A stretch of 63,736 nucleotides of DNA, the filler included, from Reticulomyxa filosa (Eukaryota; Protista; Foraminifera), in assembly GCA_000512085.1 (NCBI GenBank). It is 13 parts of 13 records of this genome, joined end to end, with 100 filler letters (N's around TTAATTAATTAA, not from the genome) between each part and the next. Parts side by side here need not be neighbours in the genome. Positions count along the whole stretch, not along the records: positions 54,070 to 59,629 come from ASPP01008973.1; positions 59,730 to 61,116 come from ASPP01012229.1; positions 61,217 to 62,314 come from ASPP01018979.1; positions 62,415 to 63,736 come from ASPP01004332.1; 9 more parts are not named here. One strand, 5' to 3'. This document shows positions 54,088-63,736 of this stretch, in pieces. How positions within the stretch are numbered: the stretch's first letter is position 1; each line of letters starts with the position of its first letter. The notes under the pieces are model-generated. The model ran no database searches. It was given only the letters and a program-made list of their open reading frames with translations, and was not told where the DNA came from. Both the position numbers and the translations under genes were made by a program.

Positions 54088-56046
54088 AATGAACAAAGGG
54101 AGGACACGCTGAAACGACGCATTTGCGCAATCAATGGAACGGCGGTAGAGACGTCGCATGTGTTTATAAGCGCGTTTCGATATTGTAAAAAAAAGGCGAT
54201 GGATTACTTTGGCGAGAAGCATATAAGCGTAAAAGAGGACGAAGTGCAATGGATAATAACAGTGCCGGCAATTTGGAGTGAGAAGGCGAAAGGATTGATG
54301 AGACAATGGGCGATGCAAGCCAAACTGTGTCGTCCATCAGTTGGCAGTCTTCCAATATTAACTCTGGAGCCAGAACGCGCGAAACAAACGAAACTTGGAG
54401 TTGAATCGATATCGACAGAGAGCCAGTTGGCCATTACTTTGGAGCCAGAATGCGCAAGTGTTTGTGTGATGCTGGAAATGAAAGACAAACCAAATGAAAT
54501 GCGATTTAAGGCAGGCGATTGCTATTTGATGATGGACTTGGGCGCGGGAACTGCCGATATGGTGTGCCATGAAATTATCGGACCATTTGAAGTGAGAGAA
54601 ATGATCGCCTCGTTTGGAGGGCCGTGGGGAAGTGGTTACATTGATAAGGACGTTGTCACTATTTTTCAACATTTGTTTGGCGAAAAAAATATGAGGGAAT
54701 TTCAGGCCACTCGTCCGCACGACTATTTGCATTTACTTCGAAATATCGAAAACAGCAAACAGCGCTTCTTTAAAATGCAAAAGAAAACGACGGGCTTACA
54801 TCGCATTGAAATTCCTTATCAATTTGGCCAATTCATGCAACAAAAATTCACTGAGAATTTGGAGGAGTCCGTTGCCAAATGCCAGTTTCTTGGAGAATAC
54901 GGGTTTGTTTGTTAGGGGGAGAGGAGGGGAGGGGAAAGGAGGCTTTCCTAGCTTATGTAAGGAGAGGAGATAATGTGCATCTTTTTTTTTTGAGTTCATA
55001 CTTTTTAGAGTTTGTGCACAGGCTCTATTTCTCTTTTATTTGAATTTTGGAGTCTGTGTAAGACTCTTTTCCCCTCTCGAAGTTTGGAGTGTGTATACTT
55101 TCCTTTTTTCCCCTTCGAACTTTAGAGCCAGTTCTTTATACATACTCATTTATTTTTTTTTTTTTAAATAAATCTGGACGTCTTATAGACATGAATACGA
55201 TCACGAGTATTTGTCGTTGTCTTGCCAATTGTGGGCAAAGTTGTTTGATTTACGGATTAACGAGATCCTTAAAAAAACGAATGAAATGCTATTGAAAAAT
55301 GAAAGAATATTAAGTGGAAAATTGAAATACATATGTTTGGTGGGTGGATTTAGCCAATCTCCTTACTTGCAATACAAAATCAGAGAGCACTTTAAAGACA
55401 GGTTTATGGTGGTGATTCCGCAACGGCCAATTTTGTCAGTTATCCAAGGAGCCGCGCAACTGGGAAGACTCTTATCTTTTGTCACCTCCAGAATTGTCAA
55501 ATACACATACGGAGCTGCAGGTGGCTTTTCAATCGAAGAGGCACGGGCCCACCCAAAGGTACCAAAAGAACACATTGAAAAATACAAGTACGTTGACGAC
55601 ATCAACAATCAAGAGTGGGTTGGAGGCTGTTTTCGTGTATTTGTAAATGAAGATGAAGAAGTGAAAGTGGATCAAGTTATTTCACCCCCCCTCTGTTTTT
55701 TTGTTTGTCTGAATTAAATGATGCCTCTTTTTTTTTTTTTTTTTTGCGTTAGGTTGTCGAAAAGACTTACTCCAAACGAAGCAAACGTAAAAAAAATGCA
55801 ACGGTCGCAATCTATCGCAGTAAAATCAAAGATCCAGGCATAAGCACCGGATGCAAGCTGTTAGGAAAGATCAAAATTCCATTTCCAGACGATTTTAACG
55901 ATGTGATGGACCGATTTTATGTTCGCTTTTATTTTGGTGAAGCGATGATTCGCGTGACTGTGAAAATGAAAGGAAAAGAATATGTTGAAAATGAAGTGCA
56001 ATTTAAATACCACTTTGATGACAATCATTTGGACGTCATTGGTTAA
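54088..56046 (+). CDS. HSPA12-like atypical Hsp70 (5'-truncated)
   Basis: CAINGTAV..VF, VQWIITVPAIWSEKAKGLMRQWA, LEPECASV, MDLGAGTAD, GGPWGSGYID, LVGGFSQSPYL, SRIVKYTYG. Confidence 0.88.
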
Positions 56047-56854
56047 CATTCTGTTTACTCATTGTCTCCAATGCTTGTTTCTTTTTTTTTTGGATGGATT
56101 TGTGTCCCTTCATTCCATTCCTGTTCATCCAGCACGTTTTATTTTCTAATTTCGCATTGCTGTTCCAACATATGATGGGGAGATTGTTTGTGTTTGCATC
56201 TGTTAGATCCCTCCCTTTGTTTTCACAGAGATACCGTGCAATACACGTTTTCCAAGTAATCAAGAGCGAAATGCGGTGGTTTTTTGTCTCTTTTTTTTTT
56301 TTTTTCAAAAAAAAAAAAAAAGAATACATAGCCTTTGAAAATCATCCTCTTTTTTTGAACTTTCGGTCCAAAAAAAACCTCCACAAATTACACTTTAAAA
56401 TGTTCGAGTTACAAATTTAATTAATTGAAATGGATTTGCTTTCCAAAAAAAAAAAAAGTCTATAAAATCGGCACAGTGTCTCTTTTTACTTTCACTATCC
56501 ATTCAAACTTTTCTTTTTATGTGTCATGGAATTGTCTTTTAAAAAAAAACACAATTTTAGTGTCTGATGGGCACCTCATGCTGTTATGTCCTAAATATTA
56601 AACATCATAAAGCAAAAAAAAAATGGAATCCAATATTTTTGTTCAGACAATTTGTTTCTTTGATTCCAACAGGGAGTATAGTACCCTCCGAAAATTGAAC
56701 TGAAAACTAACTTTTGTCAGTAAATTTTGTTCTGTTTTTGTTCACCAAATACCCAAAAAATTAGTGAACAAGATTTTAAACATTACATCAATTCAACAGA
56801 TTTTGTTTTAACTTTCAACCACAAGGAAAAAAAAAAAGGTCAAACGATATTCAT

Positions 56855-59042
56855 TCATCCCCATAAACGAATAATACCTGTTTGCGATCCACAGTAGAAT
56901 GTGAATTTACAATCATCAGTGTTGTCCATTATTTTGGCATTGAATGGTGAAAATGTAAGAGACAGTATTGCACAATCCATGGCATTGCCTTCGATCATGT
57001 GTAATTGTTTAGCAGCTCGAATATCCCAAAAACGAATGGAATTATCCCAAGATGTAGAGCATATTACATTATGGCCATTGAATGGACTTGCACTTCTATC
57101 TTTGAACGGCAGATATTGGGCACAAGTCACAGTACTTGTATGTCCATTGAAAACTTGGACTTGAATTTTCGATCGGATATCCCACAGACGAATAGTATAG
57201 TCTTCTGATCCAGAGCATATCATATTAGCACCACCACCAATAGCTGAATATTTTACACTCCTCACAATATTTTCATGTCCTTTGAAAGCAATCAACTCTT
57301 TAGCGGTTTCAACATCCCACAAACGAATTGTCATGTCCCACGATCCAGAGCAGATTGTGTATCCAGCACCGCCAATCATACCAGCATTTTTTTTTGATAT
57401 TACTTTGTGATGGTGAAAATTCTACGCATCTAACATAATCAGTATGTCCCTCGAGCGTCATCGATGGTAAGAATGTTTCAATATCCCAGAAATGAATAGT
57501 TTTATCACGCGATGCAGAACAAAAGTATCGACCATTATTGAATGGTGAAAAAGCAATATCACAAACACCCTCTTTGTGTTTCTTGATAGTCTGAAGTGTC
57601 CTGCCAGTATTGGTATCCCAAAAGCGAATAGTTTTGTCCAATGAGGCAGAGCAAATAATGGAATAATAATAATGATGAAAATGATAAGGTGAAAATTTCA
57701 CACAATACACATGGTCTGAATGTCCACTTAATGTTTGCATGTGTTTGGCAGTCTTCACATTCCATATGCGAATTGTTTTATCACCCCTGATCCAGAACAA
57801 AGAATATAATCGTCATTAGAGTTGCAACAATCAATGCTGATGATACCACTTTTATGTCCATCAAATGTTTTGCGTACTTTGATCGATTGAAGAATATCAG
57901 ACTGCAATTTTGCACTATCATTTTCTTTTTCTTTTTCTTTTTCTTTTTGTTCTGTTTCCATCTTTTTGAAATTTGAATCATTCTTCTGAATATCTTTTTT
58001 GCTTTTTTCTTGTTGCTACATTTTTTTTTTTTTTTTTAATTTTTTTTTTTTTTTTGCAAGCTACAAAACGCATAAGACACTCCAAAAAAAAAAAAAAAAA
58101 TGTAAAAAGCAGTATCTCTTGTTCAAAACCTTTAAAACTTGAAATGGCAAGTCATCCGACTGTTTCAAAGACATATCCGTTGGCTTCTCTGCGCGATTGG
58201 TTCTATCGACTCGCATTTGTGATTTCAACATTTGATTTTCCAATTGCAATTGTGTCACTGTATTCTATTTGTCGCAAATGTTAATTACAATGTTATTATT
58301 ATCGTTAAGTTTTTTTTGTTTTTTTTTTTTCCGAAGAAATTGACACATGCAAAAAAAAACAAACAAACAAACAAACAAACAAAAAAAAAAAACAAAATCA
58401 AAAAACTTGAGTTTTTTGAATGACTTGTTGCAACAAGTCGACTTTTTGAACAACCAAATCAAAATGGAGTCTCAAATCCGAAATCAAATGCTCTTGGAGT
58501 TGGTTGCCAAAACACGTGAAATTACATCCAAATGATTTAAACCAACAATCTGAATGCCGCAAAGGACACTCGTTATCCAAATGGTTTTGCAATTCCTTTA
58601 TTTTGCCATTGAAATTACATATCACTTTTCCCTTTGTTTGTCCTTCTTCTTCATTTCCATTTCCATTTCCATTTCCATTTGACGTTTGCAAATTGCGTTT
58701 GAATTCTCGTGGACACATCACACTCAATGCAGAGACTTGCCACTGCAATGACCTGCTTTTACTGTGCTGACAATCCTCATGTGGCGAAATTGGGCACGCG
58801 TTATTGCTTTCGCTCAAATAATGCTGCAAACAATCTTCTCCTACGATCAAACATTCGTCCATTTCTTCGTGCTGAGGACATGTGATCTCGATCGGATTGT
58901 TCACGATTTGTTTACAGATCAAGCAAGTAAAATGGTTCACACTTTCCGCTTGGTTCGTTTGCAAAATCCAATCTTTAGCAAAACAAGAGTTTGATGACGC
59001 TGCTTCTGATTTTACCTGTGATTTACTTTGCTCGTCAGCCAT
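56855..59042 (-). CDS. RING/TRAF-like Zn finger + coiled coil + WD40 repeat protein (expanded family); apparent indels near 57786 and 57390
   Basis: CLICKQIVNNPIEITCPQH...CL..YL...NNACP, CNFNGKIKELQNHLDNECP, CWFKSFGC, followed by 7 (G)H...S.S.D.TIR.WD repeats. Confidence 0.85.
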
Positions 59043-59359
59043 TTTGTCCTTGCTTTTTTTATATTGATTTCGAATTTTTTTCAAATGACGCACGGAATTT
59101 TTTATTACAGGGTTTTGACTTTGAACCCAAACAAGACGCAGTTGAACTATATTAATATGATGAGTCTTTTTTAAAATGAAAATTTTTTTTTTTTTTTCCG
59201 CTGGAGATGACTTATCGAAATAGCACCAAAAAATGAGCTGTGTAATCATTAGATGTGCATTGTCCAAAAAAAAAAAAAAAGATCAAAAGAGGTCTTTAAA
59301 ACTAGATGTGAATTGTTTTTCTTTTAAGGGTGTTTTGCAGTGAGGGGGGAGAAAAAAAA

Positions 59360-59596
59360 ATGATTCCGATTCTCCCTCAAACACGTTATTATTTATCTCA
59401 TAAAATCCAGCCGGTACATAAGATACAAAAATGGTATAAGCGTTGGGGACGACAAAGATATACTGGATATATATCTTGGTTCCATCCGCCAACAAAGTCG
59501 GGGGCAGTTGTGAAAGACGGTTCCCCTGAAAAAGAGTATCTATTCAAAGCCGAAAGTGTGAAATGTACAAACCTAGGACTTGTAAGGCATGAAAAA
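59360..59596 (+). CDS. Divergent cold-shock-domain-like protein, 3'-truncated
   Basis: RYTGYISWFHPPTKSGAVVKDGSPEKEYLFKAESVK aligns with CSD TG.VKWFN..KGFGFI..D....DVFVH.S.I. Confidence 0.45.
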
Positions 59597-60027
59597 GTGG
59601 CACTTACTTTTTGTGTTTCCCTCCCCCCCNNNNNNNNNNNNNNNNNNNNNNNNNNNNNNNNNNNNNNNNNNNNTTAATTAATTAANNNNNNNNNNNNNNN
59701 NNNNNNNNNNNNNNNNNNNNNNNNNNNNNTTGTTGTGATTATTGACAACAGTGAAAGGGGATGACTCTCAATAAGGAAAGCTTAGTGCTGTTTTTAAGTC
59801 TGATTTGTAATCACGCATGTTTGTTGATAAGCAATTTTTTTTTTACAAAAATGGGTTGACATACAGACATCAACTTCAACAAGCATATTGTACTGAAACA
59901 AGTCAAAAAAAAAGGAGGAAAACAAGCACAAAAACGACATACTAAACAAATCAAGATTTTTTAAAAGGGAAAAAAGGCTGAGAGACAATCAATTACAACT
60001 GGATGTATCCTTCTGATTACGAAATAT

Positions 60028-61005
60028 CTACTCTTTGAAAGACTCTTGTTCCTCAATATCAGAATCCAAGGCATTACCGACCATCTGTTTAAATTGAGAA
60101 GGTAATCCACTATGGTTGTCCGTTAAACGATGCAATTTGTGTTCCAAGCTCCCAAGCAAAGATTGATTGGGACGATTTTTGATAGATTGATACATTTCTA
60201 TGATGCTGTCAGTCATAGCATCTTCAATGGCTCGAGTCAACTCCACATCTGACTCTCTAGACCAACTGTTTCTTGATTTTTTAGAGTCACCTTTATTTTT
60301 TGATTTCAATTGTTTTTTGTGGTCAAAGGAATCACGCATTATATTAGCTTGTGTTTGGCTGCGATGATGTTGTTTACTTTTTTTGCGTTTTTTTTTGGGG
60401 TCAATATTTCCAATGACAGTATTACTTCTTATCACATGAGGTGTTTTACTTTCTTCATCCGCCTTCGCAGATGGGTTGAGGGTGGAAGGGCCAAAGTGGA
60501 CCCGATTGCTCCGTGGTGTGAAAGTGACATTTCGAACGACATCAGATTTGGTCGTCGATGGATACGTGTCGTTACTTTCTTTGCTTTCATAAGCAGTCAT
60601 ATTTGTCGTTGCTCCCATATTATCGATCTCCGCATCGGGTACTTCAATCATCGGCGGAGAAGAAAAGGGTGGCCCAGAGCTGTCCACCTTTGCCAATGCC
60701 ACGCCCCTACCGTCCGCATTACTACCACTCTCATGGCTCTCCAGCTCCACCACAGTGTCATTACTCGCGCGTTCCAAGTGTTTCGGTGTCGTGCTTGTCG
60801 CCGATATTATGGCCGTCGTTTGTCCAATGGTCTTTATCATCCCCCCATTGGCTTCCGTTGTTTCCGCATCCTCGTCATCCTCATTCTGATCTTCGTCGAT
60901 TTCGTCATCCTCATTATCGTCATGTGCAAGCAAAGATGTGTTTTGCATCGCTTCTTCCGCCTTCTCCGTTTCTGTTTTCACACTTGTTACGCGTATGGCT
61001 CGTCC
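60028..61005 (-). CDS. C-terminal exon of a hypothetical low-complexity protein
   Basis: ~325 open codons after an AG acceptor. Acidic and Ser/Thr-rich; no confident domain. Confidence 0.7.
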   Translation of the reverse strand, partial: GRAIRVTSVKTETEKAEEAMQNTSLLAHDDNEDDEIDEDQNEDDEDAETTEANGGMIKTIGQTTAIISATSTTPKHLERASNDTVVELESHESGSNADGRGVALAKVDSSGPPFSSPPMIEVPDAEIDNMGATTNMTAYESKESNDTYPSTTKSDVVRNVTFTPRSNRVHFGPSTLNPSAKADEESKTPHVIRSNTVIGNIDPKKKRKKSKQHHRSQTQANIMRDSFDHKKQLKSKNKGDSKKSRNSWSRESDVELTRAIEDAMTDSIIEMYQSIKNRPNQSLLGSLEHKLHRLTDNHSGLPSQFKQMVGNALDSDIEEQESFKE

Positions 61006-61297
61006 TGTATACATTCACATACGTATACACACATATATATACATAAATATAAATATATATATAAACATAAATAAATAAGTATATGTTTATATTTATACAT
61101 TTCATATTTTTATTTTNNNNNNNNNNNNNNNNNNNNNNNNNNNNNNNNNNNNNNNNNNNNTTAATTAATTAANNNNNNNNNNNNNNNNNNNNNNNNNNNN
61201 NNNNNNNNNNNNNNNNGTGCTTGTTTTACAATATTTTGCCTTTGTGTCAATTTAACAAATTACATTCTTTCCATCTAAAAAAAAAAAAAAAAATTAT

Positions 61298-61900
61298 CAT
61301 TGGATGGAATTTAATATTGGAGTTTCTCAAGGATCTGCTTTATCTCCAATTGTTCCTATTGTACATTAATGATTTACCAACAGAATAATAATGATTTTCT
61401 TTATTGGGACATGAGATTTCCACACAATACGATTTATAACCAAATACATTGAATGCAAATTTTGTGAGCCTTGGAATAAAATTCGTTGTTGTTATTCTGG
61501 AATATCAATAGAATCTGCTTGTATGTATTCAAAATGTTAATTTCATCTCTTGATTGGTTTCCAATCCCCATCTGCATCAACATTGGGTAAGTGCTGGAAT
61601 GCTGTTCTTGTTTCAGCATTTTCAAGACTAAAGATATTGTCAAGGTATTGAAAGACAATGATATTCAGATTGGATATCCATAATCTTCCAATGTCTCATT
61701 GATTTCAATCTAGTTTTCGCGGGTTGAGCAGGACATATCTATTCACTTCAGAAAATGTGTGGAAATGATAAATTGATCTTGTTGCTCGCAAGAAAGAATT
61801 GCCAGATCAGCTGCATTCCTGAATAAAAAGAAACATTTGTTCAGTAATTCTTTGATTGTTGCTTCACATTTAATTGGAATGGCTTGGCTTTTTCTTCAGG
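61298..61900 (+). mobile_element. Decayed non-LTR (LINE-like) retrotransposon reverse-transcriptase remnant
   Basis: WMEFNIGVSQGSALSPI/(L)FLLYINDLP at 61301-61379 matches GVPQGS.LSP.LF.LY.NDL. One frameshift, no YADD, stops downstream; extent beyond 61380 is uncertain. Confidence 0.75.
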
Positions 61901-62459
61901 AATGCATCTTCATTGTTAATTTAAAACAAGATTTTCTCTTGCTTTGCGAATCACCTCGTCCAAAAAGGAACACAGCAATAAAAAAAATTAATATCCCTTC
62001 ATAATCATTGGCTAACTAAAAAAGCCAACAGGGACAAATGCCAAGCGAAAGAGAGTGGCAAAAATGCCAAAATACATCCTTCAATCGCGACTCGGCATAT
62101 CATTAACAAATGTCTTCGGACTATGTGCCAAAAACACGCGAGAAGCCTAGAAAAAAAAATCCTTAATAACGATTTTCGTCGTCAAGTTTGTGTCGAAAAC
62201 AGAAACAAAGACAAAGATATAAAGAAAATACTTTCAAACTAAAAAAGAAATTTTTTTTTACTGTTGAAAACTTTCAGATATCTGATATTGCGATTTTGCA
62301 CGAAAAAAAAAAAANNNNNNNNNNNNNNNNNNNNNNNNNNNNNNNNNNNNNNNNNNNNTTAATTAATTAANNNNNNNNNNNNNNNNNNNNNNNNNNNNNN
62401 NNNNNNNNNNNNNNTTATTATTATTATTATATTGTTAGTTAGTTAAAAAAAAACAAAAA

Positions 62460-63230
62460 CAAAACAGTGGCGTTAATAGCAGGATGCTGAGGATAGAGCG
62501 GCGGAACTGCACCTACGTTGTTCACACTAAGTTTGGGCGCGTGACCGGAGTTGAGCAATGATTGCAAGTCCGTCTGCTTTCGTGCTTTGGACTCGTGACG
62601 GATTGCGTTGTCGTAAATGAATCGGATTCGATACGCTCGGAACCAATACGGCAGGATCATCATAAAGTACACAATATTGTTAAATGTTCGCGTGCCGTTG
62701 CATGTGAGCCAATTCGGCTTGTACATAATCCCCACACAACACCATGTCACAAACAAACCCACTCCGATATTAAATGGCATCAACAGGTAACGACTTCGAC
62801 TTCGCAAAGGGTGTCGCATTCGTCGCTGCTCAAACAATACACATATCATCCCATATGCTGCTATGAACAACACATAATACGATAGATAAAACAGCCATCG
62901 AAAACAATTCGTCCCATTGTCGCATAAATCTCTCCAGCTCATCTTCGGCTTCACATATGTCTCTCTCATGTATTTTACTCCACTCAAACCCAACACCATA
63001 CTTATCGCCGGACTTACAAATAAATACATCCACACGCCTATCAGCGCTCGTATCCACCACAGCTTACAATACTTGCCACCCTCTGCTCCCGTTGCTATGC
63101 TTCTTTCGTCACGCCGTGGGACGCTGTCTTCTCCTTCTTCTGTGTCTGGGCTTTCTTCGTCCGCATCCGCATCATCATGGATTTTCAATTTTGAAAGCAC
63201 ACTGGCTTCCGTATCTGACGCATCATCCAT
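62460..63230 (-). CDS. Multi-pass membrane protein, GPCR-like (7TM-RGS or class C type TM region), 3'-truncated
   Basis: Four hydrophobic segments. TM1-RRMRHPLRSRSRYLL-TM2, extracellular Cys (LTC), TM3 ending LPYWFRAYRIRFIY. Confidence 0.55.
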
Positions 63231-63736
63231 TCTTTTCCCAACTCAAAAAAAAAAAAAAAAAAAAATTATTTAACCTCAGTTCCTTCTTCCCTTTTGCTCT
63301 GCTTTTTTTTTTTTCTTGTTGTTATCCACATTCACTTTCTAGAAACTACTTCGGAAAAAAAAAAAAGGTCTTTCTTTTCATAAATTTGAGTGCTATGACT
63401 TTTTAAGCTTTGTTCTTTTATAAGATTAACAAAAGAAAATTTTGCAATAAAGAATTGGAGTCAGAAATGGAATTGAACAACAGGAGACAGTATGAAAATG
63501 TGTTAGAGCCACTCAACGAGAATTCTGCATTGAAGCAATAGCTCACGCAAAAACAACAGGTTGCTCTCAATTCTAATGATTAACAGGTAGTTTTACATGA
63601 TGAACATAACAAAACACAAGTATAATATAACATCACATCATTTCAACAAAGGACACTTTCAAACGAACTTGAAGAATTGAAAAAAGAAACATGTGACAAA
63701 GAAAAAAAAATTTTAAAAGAGTATGTGGTATATAAG

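Noticed and set aside
60120-60250. AMTDSIIEMYQSIK...LHRL as an RGS-like tail continuing the 7TM gene
   Set aside because: The similarity is too weak and the contigs are unlinked.
60310-61074. Long plus-strand ORFs (also 11681-12400, 12225-12881 and 28876-29334 on the minus strand) as overlapping genes
   Set aside because: Antisense shadows of low-complexity coding exons, with implausible composition.

Overview
The window is not one locus. It is 13 draft-assembly contigs joined by twelve identical artificial 100-nt spacers (44 N + TTAATTAATTAA + 44 N), so gene order across spacers has no biological meaning. The DNA is AT-rich, homopolymer-rich eukaryotic nuclear sequence with many short GT-AG introns and the standard genetic code. 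The WD40 family carrying an 'IIQHWIR..IKLGWI.DF..LVV.Y' motif, the Zn-finger/coiled-coil/WD40 gene and the HSPA12-like gene suggest a foraminiferan such as Reticulomyxa filosa (inference from recalled family features, not a search). Recognisable genes: a cyclic-nucleotide PDE, a MAPEG protein, an atypical MAPK (TxH loop), a CHD-type remodeller with FYRN/FYRC, a 2OG-Fe(II) oxygenase, EXO1, NDRG, EEF1AKMT1, PCH2/TRIP13, PP2A-B56, an RRM protein, HEATR6, ataxin-3, ABCG, HSPA12-like, WD40 family members, a 7TM-like membrane protein and a decayed non-LTR reverse transcriptase. Most worth follow-up: (1) a two-copy structured non-coding repeat with a hammerhead-like CUGAUGA core; (2) 3' splice sites preceded by poly(A) or poly(G) rather than polypyrimidine tracts; (3) a shared ~30-aa 'HWxR...DhxxLh' N-terminal module on unrelated domains; (4) the TxH MAPK; (5) the CHD domain architecture. 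Many 1-nt indels in short homopolymers look like sequencing errors. All exon boundaries were assigned by eye.
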